Position numbers and translations under genes: made by a program. Of a stretch of DNA of 64,000 bases, positions 56,414 to 64,000 are shown in pieces; position 1 is the stretch's first letter, and each line of letters begins with the position of its first letter. The stretch spans positions 109,963 through 173,962 of IMG/VR virus record IMGVR_UViG_3300032308_002246. One strand, given 5' to 3'. Below the pieces are notes generated by a model. That model saw only the letters and a list, made by a program, of their open reading frames with translations, made no database searches and was not told the origin of the DNA. This DNA comes from a virus.

Positions 56414-56773
56414 ATGTCTGAATCAACAATGACATGGCACGAAGACGGCCACTCATTCTGCGTAACGATTGATAAGTCTTTTGCTATGCCAAGCATGTTT
56501 CATTGTCCGAACAGGCTTGATGAAACAGCAGCTTGCATGCATGAAGGTGATTGCATTGTTGAACACTTTGTAAATGTTTATGGTTTTGAATGCAATGTTG
56601 GAGTAACTGAAGTTTCTGGTCCAGTAGAAGTTGCATGGACGATTGTCGGAGATATTAGCGACCCGGATAATTGCCAGGTTTGGATTATCCCTGTGCAGGA
56701 CGAATTCTTCTCTGCTTGGGCAACAGGGCAAAAAACCGTTGCAGAAACAGGCGAACAAGGCATCTCTGAGTAA
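56414..56773 (+). CDS. Hypothetical protein
   Basis: AGGTGG SD; Cys-containing ORF. Confidence 0.55.
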   Translation: MSESTMTWHEDGHSFCVTIDKSFAMPSMFHCPNRLDETAACMHEGDCIVEHFVNVYGFECNVGVTEVSGPVEVAWTIVGDISDPDNCQVWIIPVQDEFFSAWATGQKTVAETGEQGISE

Positions 56774-56801
56774 AAGCTTTTCGTCTAGTAATGTTCAAAT
56801 T

Positions 56802-57176
56802 ATGAACAAATCGCAAATCAAATGGGACATGTACGTAAGAGCTCTTAGAGAATTCATAGCTACTAACAACCATTCAGAAGTTCCTTCTGGTTTTGTTTAC
56901 GAGCTAGATGGAAACAGTTTGAAGCTCGGAGCTTGGGTTGGTTATATTCGAGCAAGAGGAAGAACCAACAATCTTTCAACAGCAAAGCACCAAGAGCTTT
57001 CTTCTATTGATACATGGTTTTGGGACCAACGCAAGCCTGGCCCATATGGCGACAAGAATAGAGATGTTTCAATTCTCGAAGCCAGAAAGTCTGGCAAAAG
57101 CCTTCAGTCAATCGCAAACGAATGGAATCTCTCTAGACAAAGAGTGCACCAGATTGTCCGGAGGTTGGACAAGTGA
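56802..57176 (+). CDS. Helicase-associated (HA) domain plus HTH DNA-binding protein
   Basis: W..Y..L..F....H..VP.......LG.WV...R and GKSLQSIA....LSRQRVHQI. Confidence 0.7.
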   Translation: MNKSQIKWDMYVRALREFIATNNHSEVPSGFVYELDGNSLKLGAWVGYIRARGRTNNLSTAKHQELSSIDTWFWDQRKPGPYGDKNRDVSILEARKSGKSLQSIANEWNLSRQRVHQIVRRLDK

Positions 57177-57382
57177 AACTTTTTGCCGGCTTTGTAACGC
57201 TTCTTGTAATTACTGGGATATACAACATATCCCTGCAGGTATTTTTGTTTATCATGAGAAGCGCAGATATAACTGCTATTGACATACCGACATCCCACTC
57301 ATATGCAGCCATACTCATTTTGATGTTTTGCAGACTGGTTGATAGAGCTTCTTACGGTCGAATCAAACCGGACCTCGGTTAG
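57173..57382 (+). CDS. Small membrane protein
   Basis: GTGA-coupled; two hydrophobic segments. Confidence 0.45.
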   Translation: MKLFAGFVTLLVITGIYNISLQVFLFIMRSADITAIDIPTSHSYAAILILMFCRLVDRASYGRIKPDLG

Positions 57383-58041
57383 TTCAAGCTTTTTGTAATC
57401 AACGGCATATTTTTATCAAGGGCATCAGCTGAACCTTTTGATACAGATGTGAACATATCGTTCAAGCATTGCCCCCACTTATCGTCTGAATCAATGTTTT
57501 GTGTGTCCACATCTGCTTCGCCGTACTCAATCATTTCGCCGTCGTGATATGTCTCCCACACAGCAAACATATTCATTTGCTCTATTGCGTGAATACCAAT
57601 CAAGACAGATGGAAAAAGAGATGAAACTTTAGCCATGAGCCCTGGGCATGTGCACCACGGGCTCTCAAATTTGAAAGAAAATGAGTCTGAGCAATTAGAA
57701 AGCGCTTCCTCGTCAATCTGAATGTAAGAAGCTCCCCATTTTGTTCCATAGTTCTTGATTTGCCATTCAAACCAGTCCCTTGCTCCAAACTTGGCCAAAT
57801 TTTCTTCTTGTTTGTTCTTAAGCCATAAGTCTTTTTCCTCTTGGCTCCATTCAGGGATAATCGAAGCGTGCGGGGTTTCTGCCAGCTCGTCCGGAACTGG
57901 GAACAGTTGATTGATATCCCAACCACTTTCTTCTTCATACTTCCCACGCGTGGACTTATCAACCCTAAACGAATTTATCATTCGCTTAATTTCTTTTTCT
58001 TCTCCGCGGACTTCAACGAATTGCGAGCACCAAGTTGGCAT
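57379..58041 (-). CDS. DUF1281/YubB-like ferredoxin-fold protein
   Basis: MP.WC, DW..W...NYGTKWG, F.F.SPW, FP.V. Confidence 0.7.
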   Translation of the reverse strand: MPTWCSQFVEVRGEEKEIKRMINSFRVDKSTRGKYEEESGWDINQLFPVPDELAETPHASIIPEWSQEEKDLWLKNKQEENLAKFGARDWFEWQIKNYGTKWGASYIQIDEEALSNCSDSFSFKFESPWCTCPGLMAKVSSLFPSVLIGIHAIEQMNMFAVWETYHDGEMIEYGEADVDTQNIDSDDKWGQCLNDMFTSVSKGSADALDKNMPLITKSLN

Positions 58042-58100
58042 TTTATTTCTCCCTTACGAAAATACACAAAAAACAATAAGAATTGCAACTACAGCTGCCA

Positions 58101-58517
58101 TCAGACTTCCTTTCCCTCTACCCACTTGCCGTTATCTGCTACATAGTAATTCACGCCCTTAGTTGGTGCAAGTTTTCCTTCTTCGTCCATTTTGTACTGG
58201 CCAAACGACTCAGTACCCTTCCATGCCCAGTTGCAACAAGGGGCATCACTCTCGCACGGGTGCAAAGCCTTGCCGATTGATTTATGCAATCGAGGAAAAA
58301 GCTGAAGAAATTTAACCACACAGTCATGGCACAGAATCCACTGCCTGCTCTCTTCTTTATTGAACAGCCAATCAATGTTGTCGTCAAATCCGCCGTAGTA
58401 ACCAAACGAGTCAAAAGGCATGACCCATCCGTTGTCCGGATAGTTTTCTTGTTGGGTTGCTAAACAGCTACTCCCGCATCCAGAGCATTCAATATTTTTG
58501 TGTTTTGATGCACTCAC
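58101..58517 (-). CDS. Hypothetical Cys-rich (zinc-binding) protein
   Basis: CSGC...GYYGGF.D...LCHDC. Confidence 0.55.
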   Translation of the reverse strand: MSASKHKNIECSGCGSSCLATQQENYPDNGWVMPFDSFGYYGGFDDNIDWLFNKEESRQWILCHDCVVKFLQLFPRLHKSIGKALHPCESDAPCCNWAWKGTESFGQYKMDEEGKLAPTKGVNYYVADNGKWVEGKEV

Positions 58518-58882
58518 CTGTCATCCCTCGTTCCTGCTCCAACCATCCAGCAGCCATCATCAATGAGTGACTCAGCAAGCCACCCAACGATTGAGACCAA
58601 CTGTTTTTCTGTAATTTCCCAATCCCTACACTGTTGCACAAAATATCCATCGGCGATTTCCGACCAGATATTTGCCACAGCATCAGCCCCGGTTACGCCG
58701 AGTGTGTAGTAGTTCTCACGCAAGATTTCAAAAATCTCGTAGTGCTCCGTTTCTTTCTCTAATGAGTTTTTGATTTTTCCTTTGAGCTCGGCAATCTCTC
58801 GTCGAAGACTGTCGTTTTCTCCACGCACAAAGTTGTACGAGTTTGTAAGTGTGGCCAAAGCTTCTTTGGTTTTCACTTGCAC
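58514..58882 (-). CDS. Hypothetical protein
   Basis: Coupled ORF in the minus-strand operon. Confidence 0.5.
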   Translation of the reverse strand: MQVKTKEALATLTNSYNFVRGENDSLRREIAELKGKIKNSLEKETEHYEIFEILRENYYTLGVTGADAVANIWSEIADGYFVQQCRDWEITEKQLVSIVGWLAESLIDDGCWMVGAGTRDDR

Positions 58883-59205
58883 TCCTCAAAAACTTGGCCG
58901 CCGTCAGTCATCCGTAATTCACAGCTTGGATGAGTAGGAAGATAAACGGTGTCTCCAATTGTCAAATCTGTGCCATAGACATTTACAAGTTTGTCTACGA
59001 CATTCCTCGTATTGCCTTCGCAGTGTTCACGTGCAATCCAGTAGAGCGTGTCGCCCTCTTTGATTGTGATTGGTGCACCATCACAGAAGAACTCGTTGTC
59101 TTTGATTGACAGTTGCTCCATGTATGAGTAAGCAAAAAAAAAGCTGCTCAGTGCTGAAAAAATAATTACCAGCGACTTGAAAAGTCGGTACGAATTTTCG
59201 CTCAT
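58873..59205 (-). CDS. Membrane-anchored LysM-domain protein (YneA/ChiZ-like architecture)
   Basis: N-terminal TM, then ITIKEGDTLYWIA...L.IGDTVYLP. Confidence 0.7.
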   Translation of the reverse strand: MSENSYRLFKSLVIIFSALSSFFFAYSYMEQLSIKDNEFFCDGAPITIKEGDTLYWIAREHCEGNTRNVVDKLVNVYGTDLTIGDTVYLPTHPSCELRMTDGGQVFEECK

Positions 59206-59207
59206 TA

Positions 59208-59489
59208 TTAGAACTCTCCTTCTGTGGCCTTGCCACCGTTTTTCTTGTAGTGCTCCACGGCATCGCCAATCATCTTGAAGTACGAACCGGACTCGACTAC
59301 TACGCCTTCTGGACGCTCAACAATCGTCCAGACAACATACTTAGAGTATGCGTCCTTGAGAAGAAGAAACACACCAATGTGGTACGGGTATGTGCCATCT
59401 CCCCCATCACTTTTTTTTGTTGAGGCAATGAGCAGGGCATCTTGCTTCTCCATCAGCATTCCAGGTTCAACCAGCTTGATTGTTTCCAT
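59208..59489 (-). CDS. Hypothetical protein
   Basis: GGAG SD before ATG 59489. Confidence 0.5.
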   Translation of the reverse strand: METIKLVEPGMLMEKQDALLIASTKKSDGGDGTYPYHIGVFLLLKDAYSKYVVWTIVERPEGVVVESGSYFKMIGDAVEHYKKNGGKATEGEF

Positions 59490-59491
59490 GA

Positions 59492-59902
59492 TTACTCTCC
59501 GTCCTCTTCTTGTCCAATTTTTGCAACGCACACAGACACGACTTCTTTGACGCTTGTTGCCTCGTCGGCGATTGACTGCTCAATCATTCCGATTGAGACG
59601 GCGCTCTCAAAAAGCTCGCTATCAATGGTTGTCTTTGTGACCTTGCGAAGCTGAGTCGGCTTCAAGAGCTTTGAGAGAACATCAAGGCTGTAGCTAGAGC
59701 GCATTGCGCGACGGATATAGACCTTGACGGTGCTCTGAGAGGTGATTACCTGCTCAACACCCTCTCGTGCACACGCTTCCATGAAAGCTGCTTCTGCGTC
59801 ACGCTTTTCACGGTTTGCTTTTTCTGCAACTGCACGCTTCTGCACAAGCTCGGATGCGGCTTGGGCTGCACTGAGTTTTGATGGTTTTTTGGTGGTTTTC
59901 AT
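59492..59902 (-). CDS. Hypothetical protein
   Basis: AAGGA SD; helical N-terminus. Confidence 0.55.
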   Translation of the reverse strand: MKTTKKPSKLSAAQAASELVQKRAVAEKANREKRDAEAAFMEACAREGVEQVITSQSTVKVYIRRAMRSSYSLDVLSKLLKPTQLRKVTKTTIDSELFESAVSIGMIEQSIADEATSVKEVVSVCVAKIGQEEDGE

Positions 59903-59923
59903 TTTGTTCCTTTTTGGGTTTGA

Positions 59924-60181
59924 TTATTTGGTTTTCTTAGATACGCACGTTGGGCAAAATGCGTGAACTGTGCTGAGCTTGTCTTTGATAACAAACTCCC
60001 ACTTGCCGTAGAAGTGCTGGTCGTCAGCCATGTCGAGGATGAGCGAGTCAACATCTGTGTAGCAATATGCACCTGAGTTATCGCAGGTATAGCAATGAGC
60101 CCTAACAACTTTTTCGCTGCCGGCCATTTCTGCCCTGAGGCTTGCACCGTTGAATCGTGCGCTTGCGTAGAGACTCTTCAT
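59924..60181 (-). CDS. Hypothetical zinc-binding protein
   Basis: CYTC...FCPTC; AAGGA SD. Confidence 0.5.
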   Translation of the reverse strand: MKSLYASARFNGASLRAEMAGSEKVVRAHCYTCDNSGAYCYTDVDSLILDMADDQHFYGKWEFVIKDKLSTVHAFCPTCVSKKTK

Positions 60182-60289
60182 TGACTTTCCTTTTGCTAAT
60201 AGTGGTGCCTTGAAATGTACAAGGGCCAAGGGGGAATTGCAACTACTAAATAAAATTTGTTTAATATTTATTCAATTGGTGATATATCA

Positions 60290-60724
60290 CTAAAATGGGG
60301 TGTCTTCCTCAAAAGATGCGCTGAATATGGTCGAGAATCGCATGATATCGGGCAGCTTTTTTAGCTCAGAATAGTTGATTGAGAGCACGTTCCGACCTGC
60401 CACTTTTGTCTTTGCTATTAAACCCGCGGAAACAAGCTGTGAAATGCACTTTTGGACCGCCCCCTCGGTTACGCCAAGGTAGATGGACAGGGCTCGCTGG
60501 GTGGTGTGGGGGTTCTCTGAAATGGCCACCAGAGTCCTGCCTAGGGCGTTTAGGAGTCCGATTTCGTCTGGCCGGGCGTACGATATCAGCCGGTGCTTCT
60601 GGAGCTCGTCCATAACGGCAAGCTTGACCTCGTCAGCCATCTTGGGGTCTATCAGCTTATTGATTGATTCAACGAGCGCATCAGCAATGACGTGGCGCTT
60701 GTACTTGTTCTCATCCTGGTCCAC
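60290..60724 (-). CDS. Winged-helix (MarR-like) transcriptional regulator
   Basis: 'L..I.ENP..TQR.LS..LGVT..AV...I..L...GLI.K...GR'; AAGGAG SD before GTG 60724. Confidence 0.75.
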   Translation of the reverse strand: MDQDENKYKRHVIADALVESINKLIDPKMADEVKLAVMDELQKHRLISYARPDEIGLLNALGRTLVAISENPHTTQRALSIYLGVTEGAVQKCISQLVSAGLIAKTKVAGRNVLSINYSELKKLPDIMRFSTIFSASFEEDTPF

Positions 60725-60799
60725 AGCTACTCCTTGACACGAATTACACATGTGTTATTATTTGACAACAACAACAACAGAGTCAAATGGGGAGACCAC

Positions 60800-61084
60800 A
60801 TGACAGTGTTAGGTGACAGGTTAGCAAAGCTTTCTACATCAAACAAGCACATACCTTGTCCGATGGCAAAGCTTCTAAAAAGTTTGGATACAGATACGGC
60901 TGTTGCTCTTATTGATGTCATGTCAAAAGAAGAGATACCAACACGCACAATCCACCAAGAGCTTCACAATGCCGGCATCCCGATAGCCAGGGAATCAATC
61001 CAGGTGTTCAGGAAGAACAATTGCGCATGTGCAAATGAAGATAAGTGCAACATCAATGAAATAACCAATGGGGGAACAAAGTGA
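60800..61084 (+). CDS. Hypothetical protein (possible HTH/Cys motif) upstream of the phosphoesterase
   Basis: GGAG SD; C......CAC pattern. Confidence 0.5.
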   Translation: MTVLGDRLAKLSTSNKHIPCPMAKLLKSLDTDTAVALIDVMSKEEIPTRTIHQELHNAGIPIARESIQVFRKNNCACANEDKCNINEITNGGTK

Positions 61085-62298
61085 CTAAACCAAACAACAA
61101 AATCGCAACTGGTGTTAACAAGATAAAACAAGACCACCAGAAAAAAGAATCAAGCAAGAAGATGCTTAACGCAATCGAGCAGATGATATCTAAGAAGGGA
61201 ATTGACTTTGACAGTATCGGAAGCATAGACAGAATCTCTTTGTACCAGACTGTCACCAAGGACGAAGAGGGCAACACGGAGATTCACGACCTCCAAGCTG
61301 TTCAGCTTTCTCCAACATGGGACAGCGGTCCACAGTGGAAACTCCCAGAACCAGGGCCTCTGTTACAAATACAAAAGTCAACAGTTGCTCCGAAGAAGAA
61401 CACAAGCCTAAAAATGGCACTGATAGTTCCTGATATCCAGTTCGGTTATTACCGTGATAGAGACTTGAACTTAGTGCCTACTCATGACGAGCGTGCTATC
61501 GCTATTGTTCTTGCTGTTGCAAAGCGATACCAACCAGACCAAATAATTTGCCTGGGAGACAATCTTGACTTGCCAGAAATGAGCAAGTACAGACTGAGCC
61601 CGGCTTTTGCAAACACAACGCAGGCATCAATTGATAGAGCGACAACATTCTGCGCAGAGATGCGAGAAGCTGCTCCTCACGCAAAGATAGTTTGGCTTGC
61701 CGGCAACCACGAAGAGCGTTTGACGAATTACTTGCTTGATAATGCAAAGGCGGCATTCGGAATCAACCGTGGCAATACTCCTGAGGGCTGGCCAGACCTT
61801 TCTGTTCCAAACCTCTTGCGTATGGATGAGTATGGCGTGCAATATCTCGATGGGTACCCAACTGGTTACTACCTCATCAATGACCAGCTTGCATGTATAC
61901 ACGGAGACAAGGTTCGCTCTAACGGGTCAACTGCTCACATGTATCTAAACGCAGAGAAGCTTTCAGTTATCTACGGCCACATCCATAGAAACGAAATGGC
62001 TTACAAAACACGACGCGACCACGACGGCCCTAGAACAATCATGGCCGCATCGCCTGGAACACTCGCACGAGTTGACGGAGCGGTGCCATCCACAAAGGGT
62101 GGGATAGACGTCTATGGACGACCAAAGACAGTCGTAGAGAATTGGCAACAAGGGTTCGCTCTTGTCCACTTCCAATCAACTGGCAAGCAGTTCTTCAACT
62201 ACGAGCCGGCGATGATATACGACGGTTGGTGCATCTTCCGTGGAGAAGAGTTTGACGGCAGAAAGTCAAAAGCTCCTACCCTGAAGCCGGTTAAATAA
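61081..62298 (+). CDS. Calcineurin-like metallophosphoesterase
   Basis: PD.Q, LGD.LD, GNHE, HG, GH.H motifs. Confidence 0.85.
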   Translation: MTKPNNKIATGVNKIKQDHQKKESSKKMLNAIEQMISKKGIDFDSIGSIDRISLYQTVTKDEEGNTEIHDLQAVQLSPTWDSGPQWKLPEPGPLLQIQKSTVAPKKNTSLKMALIVPDIQFGYYRDRDLNLVPTHDERAIAIVLAVAKRYQPDQIICLGDNLDLPEMSKYRLSPAFANTTQASIDRATTFCAEMREAAPHAKIVWLAGNHEERLTNYLLDNAKAAFGINRGNTPEGWPDLSVPNLLRMDEYGVQYLDGYPTGYYLINDQLACIHGDKVRSNGSTAHMYLNAEKLSVIYGHIHRNEMAYKTRRDHDGPRTIMAASPGTLARVDGAVPSTKGGIDVYGRPKTVVENWQQGFALVHFQSTGKQFFNYEPAMIYDGWCIFRGEEFDGRKSKAPTLKPVK

Positions 62299-62365
62299 CC
62301 TCGTTAGATAAACGGCGCGTAATCCAATCCATGTTTCTTAGACCCTGCTTATAAGAAAGCTCTAT

Positions 62366-62989
62366 ATGACGACAATACTGGCAATACAGGGAGACGGCTT
62401 CTGCATGGTAGCCACAGACTCTCGCATAGTGGATATAGACAGCTCAGGTGTAGGTTCAGCCTCGGTATTAGGGGACAACATCAAGAAGGTCGTGCAGAAC
62501 GGACCGTACTTGATAGGAGCAGCTGGAGATGTTCGAGCAATCAACATTGTCTCGTTTGCCTTCAATCCCCCGATACCCAAGGTAACGCTCAAAGGGAACT
62601 TATTGGATAAGTTCATTACCAATGAGTTCATACCAGCACTCCGTAAGTGCTTTGAGGAAGCTGGATACGCAACATCGGCGAATGAGTCCACAAAGCTAGC
62701 TGAGTTTGATTCCCAGATACTCGTTGTTGTTAATGGGCAGGCTTATGTGATTGGTGGGGACTACTCATGGGCAAGCGACTCTAACGGGTTGTATGCACTG
62801 GGGTCTGGAGCTGCTTATGCGATGGGAGCGATGCTGGCAATAGTTCCCACAAAGAGGCACAACATAGCCTGCAAGAACTTCCTCCTTAAAGCTTTAGGCA
62901 TAGCCACAAAGTGTGACCCGTTCACCGGACCTCCGTATCACACACTGATACAAGAGCGCCAGCAAATCAGGACGCGCACTAAAAAGTAG
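62366..62989 (+). CDS. Ntn-hydrolase, HslV/proteasome-beta-like protease
   Basis: N-terminal MTT, ATDSR, K, A.GSG..YA.GA, D..TG. Confidence 0.8.
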   Translation: MTTILAIQGDGFCMVATDSRIVDIDSSGVGSASVLGDNIKKVVQNGPYLIGAAGDVRAINIVSFAFNPPIPKVTLKGNLLDKFITNEFIPALRKCFEEAGYATSANESTKLAEFDSQILVVVNGQAYVIGGDYSWASDSNGLYALGSGAAYAMGAMLAIVPTKRHNIACKNFLLKALGIATKCDPFTGPPYHTLIQERQQIRTRTKK

Positions 62990-63029
62990 CCATAATAGTT
63001 TCTACACAAAAGAATAGGGGTAGAAACAT

Positions 63030-63416
63030 ATGAGCGAAATTGAATCAGAAAATGTATCTATAGAGACTAAAGAGGAAAGAGACTCTAAGAATAAAAGTGT
63101 AAGAAGAAATTTACAAGACATAGCTAGTGGTATTGCTATACAAAGATACGACTGGATGGACCTAGCAAGATGCAAGGGACGTACAGAAGACATGTTTCCC
63201 AAAGGGCATAAGGACATTAGCTACATTCAGGGGGCTAGAGAGATGTGCTCGTACTGCACCGTTCGACCACAGTGCCTGGAGTATGCACTAGAGTTTCCAC
63301 CTGCTGACATGCACGGGGTATGGGCAGGGATGACATCAAGACAGTTAGCGGCCGAACAACGAAGGAGAGGAATCACACCGACTAAGCCAACGCTTAGCCA
63401 GATGTGGAACGACTAA
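63030..63416 (+). CDS. whiB: WhiB family transcriptional regulator
   Basis: W...ARC......FP......A..MC..C.V...CL.YAL......GVWAG. Confidence 0.9.
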   Translation: MSEIESENVSIETKEERDSKNKSVRRNLQDIASGIAIQRYDWMDLARCKGRTEDMFPKGHKDISYIQGAREMCSYCTVRPQCLEYALEFPPADMHGVWAGMTSRQLAAEQRRRGITPTKPTLSQMWND

Positions 63417-63658
63417 TGAGTAAGAAGAATCATGTGGTGCCAGTAGTGATGAATGAGTACCAGTACAAGATGATGTGCCGGCTACTAACTGGGAAGATGG
63501 CTGAGCTCAAGATGAGCCAGAGGGTTGGAACAACGGAGTACAACGAGACGAAGGAGACTCTGGAGCGACTTCAGAACGCTTATGAGAAGACGCTCGAGTT
63601 TGAACAGAAGAACTGGAGACTGCAGTTTGTACGACCAGATGGGATGCCGAGCAAGTAA
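63416..63658 (+). CDS. Hypothetical protein
   Basis: TAATG-coupled to whiB. Confidence 0.5.
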   Translation: MSKKNHVVPVVMNEYQYKMMCRLLTGKMAELKMSQRVGTTEYNETKETLERLQNAYEKTLEFEQKNWRLQFVRPDGMPSK

Positions 63659-63878
63659 AGACGAATTGGGGGCAAAAAAGTAAGCCGCCGTGTCAGATTT
63701 TTGTTGCTGACCCCTCGTTTTGTATTTGCATTTTGTGTGCGAATAAATCTATGCGACAATAAGTGCACGTCGTAATAAATCTACGTGAGGAAAAGTATGC
63801 TGCTTCCAGGATTGCCATGCAGGTGCCCGTTCATACCGGTTCATCCTGTGTGCGGTGAGAAAGAAGAAGAAGACTGAG

Positions 63879-63950
63879 AGCCCGCTCTCGGGATTGAACC
63901 GAGGACCACTGCATTACAAGTGCAGAGCTCTACCACTGAGCTAAACGGGC
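63879..63950 (-). tRNA. tRNA-Thr(UGU)
   Basis: GCCCGTTTAGCTCAGTGGTAGAGC...CTGCA-CTTGTAA-TGCAG...CTCGG-TTCAATC-CCGAG-AGCGGGC-T; complete cloverleaf, no encoded CCA. Confidence 0.93.
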
Positions 63951-63952
63951 TT

Positions 63953-64000
63953 GTCACGCAGTCCGGGAGTCGAACCCAGAGACCGTCCGTTAGATTCCAC
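63953..64000 (-). tRNA. 3' part of a second tRNA-like gene, truncated by the window edge
   Basis: T-arm CTGGG-TTCGACT-CCCGG; anticodon arm not resolvable. Confidence 0.45.

Overview
The window is 64 kb of a large tailed dsDNA phage, probably with a contractile tail. Its host is probably actinobacterial, based on WhiB, an actinobacterial-type ferredoxin, an M15 endolysin and leaderless TANNNT promoters. Layout: (1) 0.1-12.5 kb, tail chaperone with a likely -1 frameshift, tape measure and baseplate; (2) 12.6-30.5 kb, long repetitive tail fibres; (3) 30.5-48.1 kb, a dense enzyme island; (4) 48.3-54.7 kb, a giant membrane-anchored surface protein and the lysis genes; (5) 54.7-64 kb, small accessory and regulatory genes, then tRNA-Thr(UGU). 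The most striking feature is a cassette repeated three times. A fibre gene ending in the same ~90-aa C-terminal domain (...W-x-x-x-G-[DN]-L) is closely coupled to a ~320-345 aa 'tip' protein carrying a Ser-Pro4 plus Cys-knot tail, a (PP[FY]F)16 tail, or a 16-Cys loop, and tailoring-type genes follow immediately. Together the cassettes hold 12 2OG-Fe(II) oxygenases, 3 divergent glutathione-peroxidase-like proteins, 3 small six-Cys DUF6171-like proteins, a GNAT, a methyltransferase-like protein, a Rossmann-fold protein and a DUF6065-like protein. My inference is a phage-encoded, RiPP/extensin-like system that post-translationally modifies tail-fibre adhesins. All family calls come from reading motifs by eye; no database searches were run.
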